Shown: one piece after another, positions 19,138 through 30,054 of the stretch
How the letters are laid out: the number at the start of each line of letters is the position of its first letter
Position numbering within the stretch: position 1 is the first letter of the stretch
From: Gammaproteobacteria bacterium
GTDB lineage: Bacteria; Pseudomonadota; Gammaproteobacteria; Eutrophobiales; Eutrophobiaceae
Assembly: GCA_965243205.1 (NCBI GenBank)
Contig: CBDEUK010000002.1
Location: 1,984,001-2,048,000, forward strand
DNA length: 64,000 nt
Reading direction: 5' to 3'
Translations under genes and position numbers: made by a program
Notes under the pieces: generated by a model
What the model saw: the letters and a program-made list of their open reading frames with translations, nothing else
The model's database searches: none
What the model was told of the DNA's origin: nothing

Positions 19138-19932
19138 TTACGCAGCCATTATTTCTTCAATAATCTGCTTAACGGTGTTGGGTTCGAAAGGTTTATCACA
19201 AATAGCGGATACGCCTGCTTCCTGAGCTTCTGATAAGCGAGTATTGTTTTCTTCTGTTGTTACCATCAGGATAGGAACCGATCGTTGATTACTTTGGGTT
19301 CTAATATATCTAGCCAATGATTGACCATCCATATTTGGCATATTGTAATCAGTGACGACTAAATCAAAATATTCTCGTTCAATAATCGGTAATGCATCTT
19401 CACCATCAATCGCTTCAGTAATTTTTTCAATCCCCATTTTGGCCAACGTTTTTGTAATCTGCCTACGCGCCATACGGCTATCATCAACAATTAATACGTT
19501 CAGTGATTCGATATCAAAATTTTCTAATACGATTTGATCAGGATCCAAAGTATCGATACTGGTTACTAGAGCAGCTTTTAATTGTTCAGTACTGAAGGGT
19601 TTTTCCAGAACACCAGTCGCGCCTGCTTGTTTAATTGGGTCAAGCTGCTCAAAACTTTTCACTGTTGAGATAAGTAAGAAAGGTAAATCTTGTGTGCTTT
19701 CATCATCACGTAGTTTTGCCACTAATTCAGTGCTGCACATATCAGGAAGATGCATACTGGAAATGACGAGATCAGGTTCTAAATCAATAACATTGTCGAG
19801 TAGTTCTTGACCCGAATCAAAGGTTTTAAAGTTGTTTACACCTAATTCATCAAATTGATTTTTGATAATTTTGAGCTGGGTATCGGATGGCTCTACTAAT
19901 ATTATGAAAAGGTCTTGAATTTGTTCGACCAT
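19138..19932 (-). CDS. Tandem receiver-domain response regulator (no output domain)
   Basis: First REC is degenerate (VEPS, VISSMHLPD); second is canonical (VDDS, VTDYNMP, KP). Confidence 0.9.
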   Translation of the reverse strand: MVEQIQDLFIILVEPSDTQLKIIKNQFDELGVNNFKTFDSGQELLDNVIDLEPDLVISSMHLPDMCSTELVAKLRDDESTQDLPFLLISTVKSFEQLDPIKQAGATGVLEKPFSTEQLKAALVTSIDTLDPDQIVLENFDIESLNVLIVDDSRMARRQITKTLAKMGIEKITEAIDGEDALPIIEREYFDLVVTDYNMPNMDGQSLARYIRTQSNQRSVPILMVTTEENNTRLSEAQEAGVSAICDKPFEPNTVKQIIEEIMAA

Positions 19933-19966
19933 TAACGACTCCGCTAGATATTTAGTTATACCTGCA

Positions 19967-19995
19967 GAATCGGCAAAATGGTCGAACAGCTTTAG
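19967..19995 (-). promoter_or_regulatory. Possible sigma-28 promoter
   Basis: CTAAAG-N15-GCCGATTC; spacer one base longer than consensus. Confidence 0.3.
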
Positions 19996-20035
19996 TTTTA
20001 TTAACTCTTGTGGTTGTTAATTATAAAACCTTGAA

Positions 20036-22213
20036 TCACCAACGGTAAGAGACATTGGCGAAAGCATTTCTGCCTGCGCCAGCAAGACGTTGGCCCACAG
20101 GCACATCACTGGCTGAGTTACGATTAAATCCAGATAAGTGATTGGTATATTGCTTATCTAATACGTTCTCTATACCGGCTTGAAAAAAGAAGCCGTTACT
20201 GAAGTTATATTGTGAATATAAATGCAGCAAAGCATAACCACCAGTAGCAGAATTATTATTATTGTTGTTATTCGGATCTAGGGTTATTACATCAGAAATT
20301 TTATCTTGTTCAGCAAAGACTTCGCCTTGTACGGTTGTTTGCCAATGAGCAGTGCTATACGTTAATGATAAGTTAGCATTCAAAGGTGCGATGCGATAAA
20401 GGTCATCATCGACATCACGACGTTTGCCTCTTGTATAAGCTATAGAACCATCAACACGCCAGTTTTGATTAAATAAATAACCAAAGCCAGAGTCAAAGCC
20501 ATAAATCTTGGCATCGACGTTACTAAATTCCAATGGACGATTATTATTTGATGCTAAATTGTTAAATGTTATTGCTGCAGCATTTGATGATTCTATACCT
20601 TGAATATAATCATCAATATGTTTGTAATAAATACGTGGAGTAACATAGAATTTTTGATTGTTGAAATTCAAGCCAAGTTCTACTTGATGAGATACTTCAG
20701 GGTCTAATTCAGGGTTGCCAATGTAATTATTACCATCACCAAGTCCAGCATTAACTTCCAATGGTATCCATAGATAACGTTCTATATATGAAGCCGAACG
20801 AGTTTTTCGAGCTAGACCTAATTCTACATCGACTACATTATTTATTTGATGATTAAATTTAATTACAGCGTCAACATTTGTATCATTTTGTGATAGATCA
20901 GACGCATTATAATTATCTCTAAGTGTTCTTGCTGCGTTAGATAAAGGTGCTGGGGCTAGATTCGCAGGAAAAGCATCAACAAACCCTGAGTCTGCTCTTA
21001 CATGTTCAACACGTACGCCTACTTCCATATTAGTTTTACTTGCAATTGAGCCATTCCATTCCGTAAAGAATCCATAATAGTTTTGTTCAGCATCATTAAA
21101 ATTCTGAATAAAGAATGCTGCAAAATCAGGATCAGTAACTCTAGCATCATGACTATTTAACTTAGCATCAGTACCAAAGGTAATGGTACCTGTTGAAAAA
21201 GGTTTACTTGCGACAAGAGACCAGCCATAACCATCACTTTCGACGTCAACAATACGTCTATCATCTCCCGCAAATGGAGGTAAGCCTGCTACGAGAGCAT
21301 TGTTAAAATCAGGTGCAGGTCGTAAGGTAAAGTTATTCATTTGATGACGAACTTTGGTTAAAAATAACTTTGATTCAATGTCAAAGCCTAAAGCTTTGGT
21401 GTTAAAACCAGTATTCAGTTGATTGGTTTTAAAGAACGCAATATCAAGAGGTAGAACAGGCGTACCAGAGTTATCAGTATCGGTACGTTTAATATCGATC
21501 ATGAATTCGTTATTGCCTGTTTGGTATCCATAACCCAGACCAAAAAAGGTTTTTTCATAATCAGTACCTTCAATCGTACCGCCATCGAATTCAGTATCAT
21601 TTGCTTCGTCATGTGCACCCATAATGTGGACACGGTGATAGCGATTTGAACTACTTAATATCCCGCCAAAGTTATAACCGCCGTTGACTTCTTTGCCGCC
21701 AACTGAGAAGTCACCGTGATGAATCATTGTGTCAGAGTCGCTGAATGAACTGGTTTTACTTTTCGCATTGGCATAACCACCAATACCGCTACCCGTACTG
21801 ACTGATGCGATACCACGAGTAACCTCAATTGAATCAACCAATGAAGCAGGTAAATAGTGAAGAGGTGGATCCATCCAGTTTGGGCCACCAGATTCTAAAT
21901 ATGTACCATCGATTAATACATTTACACGTGGTCCAAACATACCTCGATATTGAGGTTGCGCACTAAACCCACCGTTGTAATTGAATGTTCCACCAGGTAC
22001 TGCTTTGAACATTGCTGAGCTATCAGCTGAAGATTGGATTTGATAATCAGGATCGATAACGGTTGATTTAAAATCATCGATTTGTTCAGCGGTTACTGTT
22101 AGTTCAGGTAATTCGGCATGCTCAGCCTGTATATTGGAAGAAAATAACACTAATACTAAGTTAATGGTTATAAACTTCATGGTTAATTGAAGCATTTTGT
22201 TCCTCTTCATCAA
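20036..22213 (-). CDS. TonB-dependent receptor, OprC-like
   Basis: LTVTA TonB box, plug GGPNWMDPP, NYIGNPELDPE, ENVLDKQY..HL, terminal W; the start may be a later ATG. Confidence 0.9.
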   Translation of the reverse strand: MMKRNKMLQLTMKFITINLVLVLFSSNIQAEHAELPELTVTAEQIDDFKSTVIDPDYQIQSSADSSAMFKAVPGGTFNYNGGFSAQPQYRGMFGPRVNVLIDGTYLESGGPNWMDPPLHYLPASLVDSIEVTRGIASVSTGSGIGGYANAKSKTSSFSDSDTMIHHGDFSVGGKEVNGGYNFGGILSSSNRYHRVHIMGAHDEANDTEFDGGTIEGTDYEKTFFGLGYGYQTGNNEFMIDIKRTDTDNSGTPVLPLDIAFFKTNQLNTGFNTKALGFDIESKLFLTKVRHQMNNFTLRPAPDFNNALVAGLPPFAGDDRRIVDVESDGYGWSLVASKPFSTGTITFGTDAKLNSHDARVTDPDFAAFFIQNFNDAEQNYYGFFTEWNGSIASKTNMEVGVRVEHVRADSGFVDAFPANLAPAPLSNAARTLRDNYNASDLSQNDTNVDAVIKFNHQINNVVDVELGLARKTRSASYIERYLWIPLEVNAGLGDGNNYIGNPELDPEVSHQVELGLNFNNQKFYVTPRIYYKHIDDYIQGIESSNAAAITFNNLASNNNRPLEFSNVDAKIYGFDSGFGYLFNQNWRVDGSIAYTRGKRRDVDDDLYRIAPLNANLSLTYSTAHWQTTVQGEVFAEQDKISDVITLDPNNNNNNNSATGGYALLHLYSQYNFSNGFFFQAGIENVLDKQYTNHLSGFNRNSASDVPVGQRLAGAGRNAFANVSYRW

Positions 22214-22260
22214 ATTGGTTTATTATTTGGGGGGCAAATTTTACTCGTTTTTGAGCAAAT

Positions 22261-22287
22261 TAAGGTGCGACAAATTGTCGCACCTTA
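22261..22287. promoter_or_regulatory. Perfect palindrome matching a RegA/PrrA-type binding site
   Basis: TAAGGTGCGACAA-A-TTGTCGCACCTTA (13-bp arms), core GCGAC-N5-GTCGC, between the TonB receptor and regB. Confidence 0.7.
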
Positions 22288-22305
22288 GAAGAGTTAGAGA
22301 ATTCG

Positions 22306-23571
22306 GTGATACAAAAAGAAACCACTCAAAATTATTTAAAACAAAATTTACGTTATTTATTAGTGTTAAGAGCGATTGCGATAGGCACACAAATATTAGC
22401 GTTATTGTTTATGTTATTTGCTTTTGATCTGCCGGTGCCGATTATTCCTATTAGTATTCTGATCATATTCTTGATGTTGTTTACGGTTTACTCATGGTCA
22501 CGATTAACTCAAGTAGATGTAATTTATAATCAAGATTACATGTTGCAATTGATTGTTGATATTTTAGTTTTATCTTTATTGGTTTATTTTACTGGTGGTT
22601 CGAGTAATCCTTTCACGTTTTTCTTTTTACTCCCGATAACATTTGCTGCAGCTAGTTTACGATTCAAACATACGTGTATTATCGCTGCCCTTGCCGCTAT
22701 CAGTTATACATTCCTTATGTTTTACCATGTACCTTTACTCAAGCATTCCGACCACCATGCCGGTTTCGATTTACATATTTGGGGTATGTGGTATGGCTTT
22801 TTAGTTAGCGCTACATTGGTTACTTATTATGTTTCACGTATTGGAGCGACGGTTCGAAAACGTAATCAAGCTTTGGCTATTGCACGTGAAGAAAACTTAA
22901 AATCGGATCAGGTTTTAGCCTTAGGTACATTAGCAGCAGGTACAGCGCATGAGCTAGGCACACCTTTAAGTACGATGGCTGTTTTGACCAAAGAGTTGGA
23001 ACATGATTATGAATCTGAACCAGAGACTTTAAAAAATTTACAATTATTAAGACAACAAATTGATCGTTGTAAAAGTATTTTATCCAAAATGGCAGTTGAC
23101 GCAGGAACAGTTTCTGCCGACTCAGGGCATTCAGTGAATATAAAGGGTTATTTAGAAGAGCTTTACTTTGACTGGAAGACATTACGTTATGATTTAGAGT
23201 TAGAAGATTCGATCGAGTTGACTGGGCCAGAGCTTGTTATTATTGCAGATACAACAGTTTCTCAATCAATTATGAATGTATTAAATAATGCGGCTGAAGC
23301 AGCAAAGTATAAAATTGATTTTAATGCTGAATGGAATAATGAATGGTTAAAAATATTTATTAAGGATGATGGAGATGGGATTGATCCTGCTTTATTTAAA
23401 AATAATCAACCAATCATCAGCACTAAACAACCACAAGGAATGGGTATAGGATTATTTTTAGCACAAGTAACGTTGAATCGATTAGGAGGCAGTTTGCAAG
23501 TAATGGAGAGTGATCAGAAAGGCACAACGATTCTAATTGAGCTACCGTTGCAACAATTTATTACGAGTTAA
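22306..23571 (+). CDS. regB: RegB/PrrB/RoxS family sensor histidine kinase
   Basis: TGGSSNPF quinone motif, LHIWGMW, AHELGTPL, DRCK redox Cys, GMGIGLFL. Confidence 0.92.
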   Translation: MIQKETTQNYLKQNLRYLLVLRAIAIGTQILALLFMLFAFDLPVPIIPISILIIFLMLFTVYSWSRLTQVDVIYNQDYMLQLIVDILVLSLLVYFTGGSSNPFTFFFLLPITFAAASLRFKHTCIIAALAAISYTFLMFYHVPLLKHSDHHAGFDLHIWGMWYGFLVSATLVTYYVSRIGATVRKRNQALAIAREENLKSDQVLALGTLAAGTAHELGTPLSTMAVLTKELEHDYESEPETLKNLQLLRQQIDRCKSILSKMAVDAGTVSADSGHSVNIKGYLEELYFDWKTLRYDLELEDSIELTGPELVIIADTTVSQSIMNVLNNAAEAAKYKIDFNAEWNNEWLKIFIKDDGDGIDPALFKNNQPIISTKQPQGMGIGLFLAQVTLNRLGGSLQVMESDQKGTTILIELPLQQFITS

Positions 23572-23580
23572 TTATTTAAG

Positions 23581-24123
23581 ATGGCTGCTAACAATAAATT
23601 ATTAATCGTAGATGATGATGTAACTTTTTGTGAAGTGTTAGAGCGTGCGTTGATTAAAAGAGAATTTAATGTTGTTGTTGCCAATGATGTTAAACAAGCA
23701 GAAGCCTTATTAAAAGAATGTATACCTGATTATGCTGTTGTTGATTTAAATATGCCTAATGCATCTGGCTTGACTCTAATACCAACTTTAAAAAAAGCGA
23801 ATGACAATATTAAAATGGTTGTGTTAACAGGCTATGCAAGTATTGCTACAGCTGTTGAAGCAATAAAACTAGGTGCGACGAACTATTTAACAAAACCTTC
23901 TGATGCAGATGAAATTGTTCAAGCATTAAATATTGTTTCGAATGAGCAAACAAATACAGAGTTACCAATTTTACCGATGAGTGCTGAACGACTCGAGTGG
24001 GAACACATACAAAAAGTGTTAACGCAGTGTGAAGGGAATATTTCGAAAGCGGCTAGGCAATTAGGAATGCATCGAAGAACGTTACAGCGCAAATTACAAA
24101 AACGCCCAAGCAGCTTAAACTAA
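23581..24123 (+). CDS. regA: RegA/PrrA/RoxR family response regulator
   Basis: [48 protein letters not shown]. Confidence 0.95.
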   Translation: MAANNKLLIVDDDVTFCEVLERALIKREFNVVVANDVKQAEALLKECIPDYAVVDLNMPNASGLTLIPTLKKANDNIKMVVLTGYASIATAVEAIKLGATNYLTKPSDADEIVQALNIVSNEQTNTELPILPMSAERLEWEHIQKVLTQCEGNISKAARQLGMHRRTLQRKLQKRPSSLN

Positions 24124-24500
24124 GCTGCTTGTTCGGCAATTTTATCTTTTAATTCTTTAACGTTGTTATTTTCATCAAGATAAACCAAAGATGGTTTATG
24201 AAGATCAGCACTTTGTTCATTAAAACGTGCATAGGTACAAATAATCACACGATCGCCAGGGTTTGCTTTATGCGCAGCAGCGCCATTGACAGAGATAATT
24301 TTTGAGCCAGCTTCTGCACGAATTGCATACGTAGTAAAGCGCTCACCGTTGGTTACATTATAAATATCTATTTGTTCGTACTCGCGAATATTCGCAAGTT
24401 TGAGTAATTCTCCATCGATGGCACAAGAACCTTCATAGTCAATCTCAGAGTGAGTGACACAAGCACGATGTAATTTCGATTTTAACAAGGTAATTTCCAT
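24120..24500 (-). CDS. panD: Aspartate 1-decarboxylase
   Basis: [25 protein letters not shown]. Confidence 0.96.
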   Translation of the reverse strand: MEITLLKSKLHRACVTHSEIDYEGSCAIDGELLKLANIREYEQIDIYNVTNGERFTTYAIRAEAGSKIISVNGAAAHKANPGDRVIICTYARFNEQSADLHKPSLVYLDENNNVKELKDKIAEQAA

Positions 24501-24573
24501 AGTGTGTTCCAAGGGTTCTGTGAAAAAGTATAGTGGAAAAAGGGGCGCAGTATCCCCGAAATACGCGGTTTCT

Positions 24574-25416
24574 TCAACGATTAACCGGCATATTATCGAT
24601 TAGCCTGGCTTTTCCAAGCCACGCTGCTGCTATGATGACTAGGTTTTCTTTTGTCGGTGCAGACAGGTCATTTGCATCACAAATACTGAAATAATCGACC
24701 TTAAATCCAGCCTGCTCAAGTTTAGACACTGCAGAGTTCTCAAGTTCCTTAATATTTTCAATAGTTTGCGATAATTTATCGGCGGTTTCTTTTAGTACCG
24801 AATAAAGAATAGGCGCGATTTTACGTTCTTCTGGCGTTAAATATTGATTGCGAGAACTCATCGCTAAACCGTCGTTTTCTCTGACGGTCGGGGAACCGAT
24901 AATTTCTACTGGCAAATTGAGATCATCGACCATGTTTTTGATGACGAGTAATTGTTGATAATCTTTTTGTCCAAATACAGCCAAATCAGGTAGTACTAAA
25001 TTGAAAAATTTGGTCACGATCGTTGCAACGCCTTTGAAATGCCCTGGACGAGTTTTACCACAATAGATGTTATCCAGTTTAGGTACTGTCACTTCAGTTA
25101 CATTCTCCCATCCGGTTGGAAATAACTGGTCTTCATCGGGTATGTATACCAAATCAACATTCGCGTCTTTTAATACCGCTAAGTCTTCTTCAATTGTCCG
25201 AGGGTAAGTCGCAAAATCTTCACCTTTTACAAATTGTGAAGGATTGACAAAAATACTGACAATGACTTTGTCGGCTATTTTGTTTGCATGTTCTACTAAT
25301 GAGATATGACCTTGATGCAAGTTACCCATTGTCGGTACAAAGCCAATGGTTTGTTTTTCCATACGCCATTCGTTCGTGTAATGTCGTAGGTCTGAATTAA
25401 GATTAACCTTAATCAT
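24574..25416 (-). CDS. panC: Pantoate-beta-alanine ligase
   Basis: [33 protein letters not shown]. Confidence 0.97.
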   Translation of the reverse strand: MIKVNLNSDLRHYTNEWRMEKQTIGFVPTMGNLHQGHISLVEHANKIADKVIVSIFVNPSQFVKGEDFATYPRTIEEDLAVLKDANVDLVYIPDEDQLFPTGWENVTEVTVPKLDNIYCGKTRPGHFKGVATIVTKFFNLVLPDLAVFGQKDYQQLLVIKNMVDDLNLPVEIIGSPTVRENDGLAMSSRNQYLTPEERKIAPILYSVLKETADKLSQTIENIKELENSAVSKLEQAGFKVDYFSICDANDLSAPTKENLVIIAAAWLGKARLIDNMPVNR

Positions 25417-26209
25417 CTAGATAGTGTTCTTTAGCTGGAAAAGATTTTGATTTAACGGCATCTACATAACCATCAATTGCATCACCAATGCTTGGATTAT
25501 CCGCCATGAAGTTACGGGTAAAACGTGGGGCTAATGAAGAAATGCCTAACATATCATGCAATACTAAAACCTGGCCGTCACATTCTGCACCAGCGCCAAT
25601 ACCAATCACTGGAATGTTAACGATTTCAGTTACAGCTTTAGCTAAGCCACTGGGTACACATTCCAAAACTAATAATTTTGCACCTGCCGTTTGTAAGTTT
25701 TCAGCATCCATTATGATTTGCTTGTATTGTTCAGGTGTCTTGCCTTGGACTTCATAGCCACCAAGGTTATGGACCGATTGCGGTGTTAGACCTAGATGAC
25801 CACAGACAGCAATGCCTTGTGCATTCAGTTCTTCAATAATTTCTAACATCGGTTCGCCACCTTCTAACTTCACCATGTGCGCGCCGCTCTCACGGATCAT
25901 GCGTGATGCATTGCCAATGGCTTGAGCTTTGGTTGCATAACTCATAAAAGGCATATCAATAATCACCATAGCGCGTTCTGTCGCTTGGCTAACTAATTTG
26001 CAATGATAGATCATATCATTCACGGTGACTGCAAGGGTTGTATCATCTCCTTGTATGACCATGCCTAATGAGTCACCGACTAAAATCACATCCATTAAAT
26101 GTTGATCCAACAATCGTGCAAATGTTGCATCGTATGCAGTTAAACAGGCAATTTTTTCACCCGTTTTCTTCATCGAATTAAGGGTGGTTAAGGTGATGTT
26201 TTTTTTCAT
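25409..26209 (-). CDS. panB: 3-methyl-2-oxobutanoate hydroxymethyltransferase
   Basis: LTAYD, LVGDSLG, VKLEGG, HLGLTPQ. Confidence 0.97.
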   Translation of the reverse strand: MKKNITLTTLNSMKKTGEKIACLTAYDATFARLLDQHLMDVILVGDSLGMVIQGDDTTLAVTVNDMIYHCKLVSQATERAMVIIDMPFMSYATKAQAIGNASRMIRESGAHMVKLEGGEPMLEIIEELNAQGIAVCGHLGLTPQSVHNLGGYEVQGKTPEQYKQIIMDAENLQTAGAKLLVLECVPSGLAKAVTEIVNIPVIGIGAGAECDGQVLVLHDMLGISSLAPRFTRNFMADNPSIGDAIDGYVDAVKSKSFPAKEHYLDD

Positions 26210-26859
26210 ATGGACTTGGGATTGAAATAAAGTCTTCCAGATTTATGATAACGAATTTGCTCGAGTAATAATTCGTAGTCTTCTGGTTTTTCTTGTAGAT
26301 TAAAATCTTCTGTATTGACTATCAATAATGGTGAATCTGAGTAGTGGTAAAAAAAATCAACATAGGCGTTGGAGATTTTTTTCAAGTATTCATCGTTGAT
26401 ATGACGTTCGTAATTTATACCACGTTTACCAATACGCTTTAATAAAACATCAGTTGGTGCTTGCAAGTAAATCACCAAATCTGGAGTTGGAGCATCAATG
26501 GTTAACTGATTATAAACTTGTTCGTAGAGTTCGAATTCGTCTTTGTCTAAATTCAGTTCTGCAAAGATTCTATCTTTTTGAATGAGATAATCGGATACCT
26601 GTACGGGTCGAAACATATCAGTTTGAACCAGTGATTGAATCTGTTTTGCGCGCTGGAATAAAAAATATAATTGAGTAGGTAATGCAGCGTTTTTAGGGTC
26701 TTGATAAAACCGTTCTAGAAAGGGGTTTTCTGCTGGTAGTTCTAACATTAAATCAGTCGAGAATGTTTCCGCTAAGCGTTTAGCAAGCGTTGTTTTACCA
26801 ACACCGATTGGCCCTTCGACTACGATATAGTCTGGATTATCATTATTGCTTAGTAACAA
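26206..26859 (-). CDS. Deoxynucleoside kinase
   Basis: VEGPIGVGKTT, NPFLERFY, PDLVIYLQA; usual folK-panB position. Confidence 0.92.
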   Translation of the reverse strand: MLLSNNDNPDYIVVEGPIGVGKTTLAKRLAETFSTDLMLELPAENPFLERFYQDPKNAALPTQLYFLFQRAKQIQSLVQTDMFRPVQVSDYLIQKDRIFAELNLDKDEFELYEQVYNQLTIDAPTPDLVIYLQAPTDVLLKRIGKRGINYERHINDEYLKKISNAYVDFFYHYSDSPLLIVNTEDFNLQEKPEDYELLLEQIRYHKSGRLYFNPKSI

Positions 26860-27334
26860 TTTCTATTCCTGATTGATCAACTTCTTCAAGTAATGCTTTA
26901 AGGTTTCCAAAAGTAGGTATATTTAAATCTTCATCTATGTCGGATAAAGGCACAAGTACAAATGCTCGATGTATCATTTCTGGATGTGGAACAATGAGTC
27001 TAGGATGATCAATAACTTCATCATTATATAGTAATAAATCTAAATCTAAGGTTCTTGCTCCCCAATGCACTTTACGAACACGGCCATGACGATTCTCCGT
27101 ATCCTGCATTACATCAAGTAAATCAAGAGCTGACAATGCTGTTTGAATTAAACATACTGCATTGATGAAATCTGGCTGATCTTGAGGTCCAACCGGTTTG
27201 GTTTGATAGTAATGAGAAACGTTTAATAATTCGATATTTTTATGTTCAGTCAGTTCTTCAATCGCGTTTTTAACTTGCTCTAGAGGATTTTCCAAATTAC
27301 TTCCGAGGCCAATGTAAGCAAGGTTTTCTTTCAC
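26843..27334 (-). CDS. folK: HPPK (folate synthesis)
   Basis: YIGLGSN, QPDFINAV, WGARTLDLDLL, PHP. Confidence 0.96.
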   Translation of the reverse strand: MKENLAYIGLGSNLENPLEQVKNAIEELTEHKNIELLNVSHYYQTKPVGPQDQPDFINAVCLIQTALSALDLLDVMQDTENRHGRVRKVHWGARTLDLDLLLYNDEVIDHPRLIVPHPEMIHRAFVLVPLSDIDEDLNIPTFGNLKALLEEVDQSGIEIVTKQ

Positions 27335-27346
27335 GATATTTATTCT

Positions 27347-28651
27347 TTAATCGTTATTATGTTGTTTATTAGAATGCTTGCCGCGACGTGAATGCCGCTT
27401 ATGTTGTTTTTTGTACATTAATTCAGGATGCTGTTCTTGAAAGTCCTTCCACCATGATACCAATTCTTTTAGGTTTTCACCTGACTGTGATCGCAACTCC
27501 AAAAAATCGTACGCTGCGCGAAATCTAGGATGACTCAGTAAACGCATTGGACGTTTACCGCGACGATTTTTTAGTCGTGATTGTAAAGACCAAATTTCTC
27601 TTGCAATTAGAGTGATGCGTCTAGGCATCGCAACAGTTTTTACTTGCCGTGATATTACCGCATCACCTGCTAGATGTATGGCGTCAGATTCAGTGACACC
27701 ATTGGTTTGATATTCATCAGCAAGATGTCGGATTTTAGGCCATAACAAAGCCGCAATAATAAAAGCCGGTGTGACTGGTAAGTCTTGTTTGATGCGAGCA
27801 TCAGTATTCGAAAGTGCATTAGCAAATAATTTTTTTGCAAACGTTGAAGTTTGCATAAATTTATTTGCTTCAGGAAATAAGGTTTCGAATAATTTGAACT
27901 CCGTTAACATATGGAAGGTTTTTTGACCTGCTCCTCCCATAAAGAGTTTATTAAATTCTTCATATAAACGAGCTTCAGAAATATCTTCAAGTAAGTATGA
28001 TAATTCATCGATCGGTTCCGCAGTCGATTCAGAAATCGTAAAATTCAATTTTGCGGCGAATCGAATAGCCCTTAACATTCTTACAGGATCTTCGCGGTAA
28101 CGTTCAGCGGCAAAACCGATCATGCGAATTTGATTCGCTTCTATATCTTTTACGCCTTGTACATAGTCGACAATCGAAAAATTCTCAACTTCATAAAATA
28201 AGGCATTGGCTGTGAAGTCGCGTCTCCATACATCATCGTCGATGGTTCCATACACATTATCGCGAATGATTCTGCCGGCTTCTGAAAAACCATTTTGATC
28301 AGAAACATGGTGTGGGGCACGGAAGGTTGAGACTTCGATAATTTCATTGCCATAGCGAACATGAGCTAAGCGAAATCGACGCCCTATTAAGCGGCAGTTT
28401 CTAAATAGTTCGCGTATTTGCTCGGGATGGGCATCGGTAACGACATCAAAATCTTTTGGGGTAATATCGAGCAATAAATCTCGTACAGCACCACCAACTA
28501 AATAGGCCTTGTAACCAGCGTTGTTTAGTTTATAAAGAACTTTTAATGCCGAATCACTGATATTATCACGACTGATATTATGATCTTGTCGCGAAATGAT
28601 CTGCGGACTGGTTTTTAGTGACGTGACATTATTATTAGTTTCACTACCCAT
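27347..28651 (-). CDS. pcnB: Poly(A) polymerase I
   Basis: VGGAVRDLL..PKDFD, RLIGRRFRLAHV, RRDFT, EDPVRMLR; start uncertain. Confidence 0.95.
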   Translation of the reverse strand: MGSETNNNVTSLKTSPQIISRQDHNISRDNISDSALKVLYKLNNAGYKAYLVGGAVRDLLLDITPKDFDVVTDAHPEQIRELFRNCRLIGRRFRLAHVRYGNEIIEVSTFRAPHHVSDQNGFSEAGRIIRDNVYGTIDDDVWRRDFTANALFYEVENFSIVDYVQGVKDIEANQIRMIGFAAERYREDPVRMLRAIRFAAKLNFTISESTAEPIDELSYLLEDISEARLYEEFNKLFMGGAGQKTFHMLTEFKLFETLFPEANKFMQTSTFAKKLFANALSNTDARIKQDLPVTPAFIIAALLWPKIRHLADEYQTNGVTESDAIHLAGDAVISRQVKTVAMPRRITLIAREIWSLQSRLKNRRGKRPMRLLSHPRFRAAYDFLELRSQSGENLKELVSWWKDFQEQHPELMYKKQHKRHSRRGKHSNKQHNND

Positions 28652-28718
28652 AGCGAGCTTATTTCTAGCATAATGAAATAGGATAATAACATCCAAATAC
28701 AAAAATGCGATTGATTAG

Positions 28719-29141
28719 ATGAGTTTAAATGCACATATTGGTTTATTAAGAAGATTGGCCAGCATTTTTTATGATGGTTTATTGCTGTTTTCTTTATTAT
28801 TCGTTTGTAGCTTTTTTGTATTACCTTTTACAGGCGGTGAAGCGATTCCAAGCGATAATTGGGTTTACCCTTTAATTCTATTGGCAGCATGTTTTTTCTT
28901 TTTTACCTGGCAATGGGTAAAAGGTGGGCAAACTTTAGGCATGCGTGCTTGGCAATGTCGTTTAGTGCAACAGGATAAACAAAATGTAAGTTGGTCTGCA
29001 GCGAGCAGCCGTTTCTTTTTGGCAATCGTCTCATGGGCTGTATTAGGGGCTGGATATTGGATGGCCTGGTTTCGAAGTGATCGGAAAACATTCCATGATC
29101 TTTATTCGCATACTTATTTAATAAGAGTATCTAAAGATTAA
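28719..29141 (+). CDS. RDD family membrane protein
   Basis: RRLASIFYD, GQTLGMRAW, HD. Confidence 0.9.
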   Translation: MSLNAHIGLLRRLASIFYDGLLLFSLLFVCSFFVLPFTGGEAIPSDNWVYPLILLAACFFFFTWQWVKGGQTLGMRAWQCRLVQQDKQNVSWSAASSRFFLAIVSWAVLGAGYWMAWFRSDRKTFHDLYSHTYLIRVSKD

Positions 29142-29191
29142 TCCAAATTTTTCATTTATGATTTAGATCATGAATGTTTATGAGAAAAAAT

Positions 29192-29893
29192 ATGTTTGAA
29201 ACTATAAAAGAAGATATCCAAGTCGTTTTTGATCGTGATCCTGCAGCGAAATCTACCATTGAAACGATTTTCACATGCCCTGGTTTTCAAGCAATCATGT
29301 TCCATCGGTTTAATCATTGGCTATGGAAAAAAAAGTTTTATTTTTTTGCACGAGTATTTGCGCATATTGCACGTTTTTTAACAGGCGTTGAAATTCATCC
29401 TGGTGCCACTATTGGTCGGCGTTTTTTTATTGATCATGGTATGGGTATTGTTATCGGTGAGACGTCTGAAATTGGTAATGATGTTTCGATTTATCATGGT
29501 GTGACATTGGGTGGTACAACCTGGAACAAAGGTAAGCGACATCCAACTTTAGAAGACAATGTATTAGTGGGTGCAGGCGCTAAAATATTAGGTCCTATAA
29601 CAATCGGTGAATGTGCACGTGTAGGCTCTAATGCTGTAGTCTCAAAAGATGTGCCTGCTAATGCGACTGTGGTTGGTATCCCTGGTCATATTGTGATTAA
29701 AAAAGAACAACGCGAAGCACAAGATGCTCAACGTGCTGAGATGGCGAAAAAGATTGGCTACGAAGCTTATGCTGAGAGCAAAGATATGCCGGACCCCATC
29801 CAAAATGCCCTCGATTCCATGCTGGATCATATGCATAAAACGGATACAGAATTAGAAAGATTACGGAAAAAACTTGATGAGAATGATTCTTAA
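29192..29893 (+). CDS. cysE: Serine O-acetyltransferase
   Basis: DRDPAA, EIHPGA.IG..FFIDHG, KRHPT. Confidence 0.96.
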   Translation: MFETIKEDIQVVFDRDPAAKSTIETIFTCPGFQAIMFHRFNHWLWKKKFYFFARVFAHIARFLTGVEIHPGATIGRRFFIDHGMGIVIGETSEIGNDVSIYHGVTLGGTTWNKGKRHPTLEDNVLVGAGAKILGPITIGECARVGSNAVVSKDVPANATVVGIPGHIVIKKEQREAQDAQRAEMAKKIGYEAYAESKDMPDPIQNALDSMLDHMHKTDTELERLRKKLDENDS

Positions 29894-29962
29894 TAACATT
29901 TAAAATCAATCACTTAACGCCAATTTATACATTCAACTCTGTAAGATTACATAAAATTCATT

Positions 29963-30012
29963 AATCCTGAGTAATTTTATCAACTATAATCTTGACTAAA
30001 ATAGTCGGTTAT
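29963..30012 (+). promoter_or_regulatory. Tandem IscR type-1 binding sites
   Basis: AATCTTGACTAAAATAGTCGGTTAT (29988..30012) fits ATASYYGACTRWWWYAGTCRRSTAT; weaker copy at 29963..29987. Confidence 0.75.
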
Positions 30013-30054
30013 GTGACTATCCACGCCCATTTTTATTGAAAACTGTTTAAAACG

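Noticed and set aside
20251-20272. Asn run in the TonB receptor as a phase-variable repeat
   Set aside because: Mixed AAT/AAC codons, in frame; probably a loop of low complexity.
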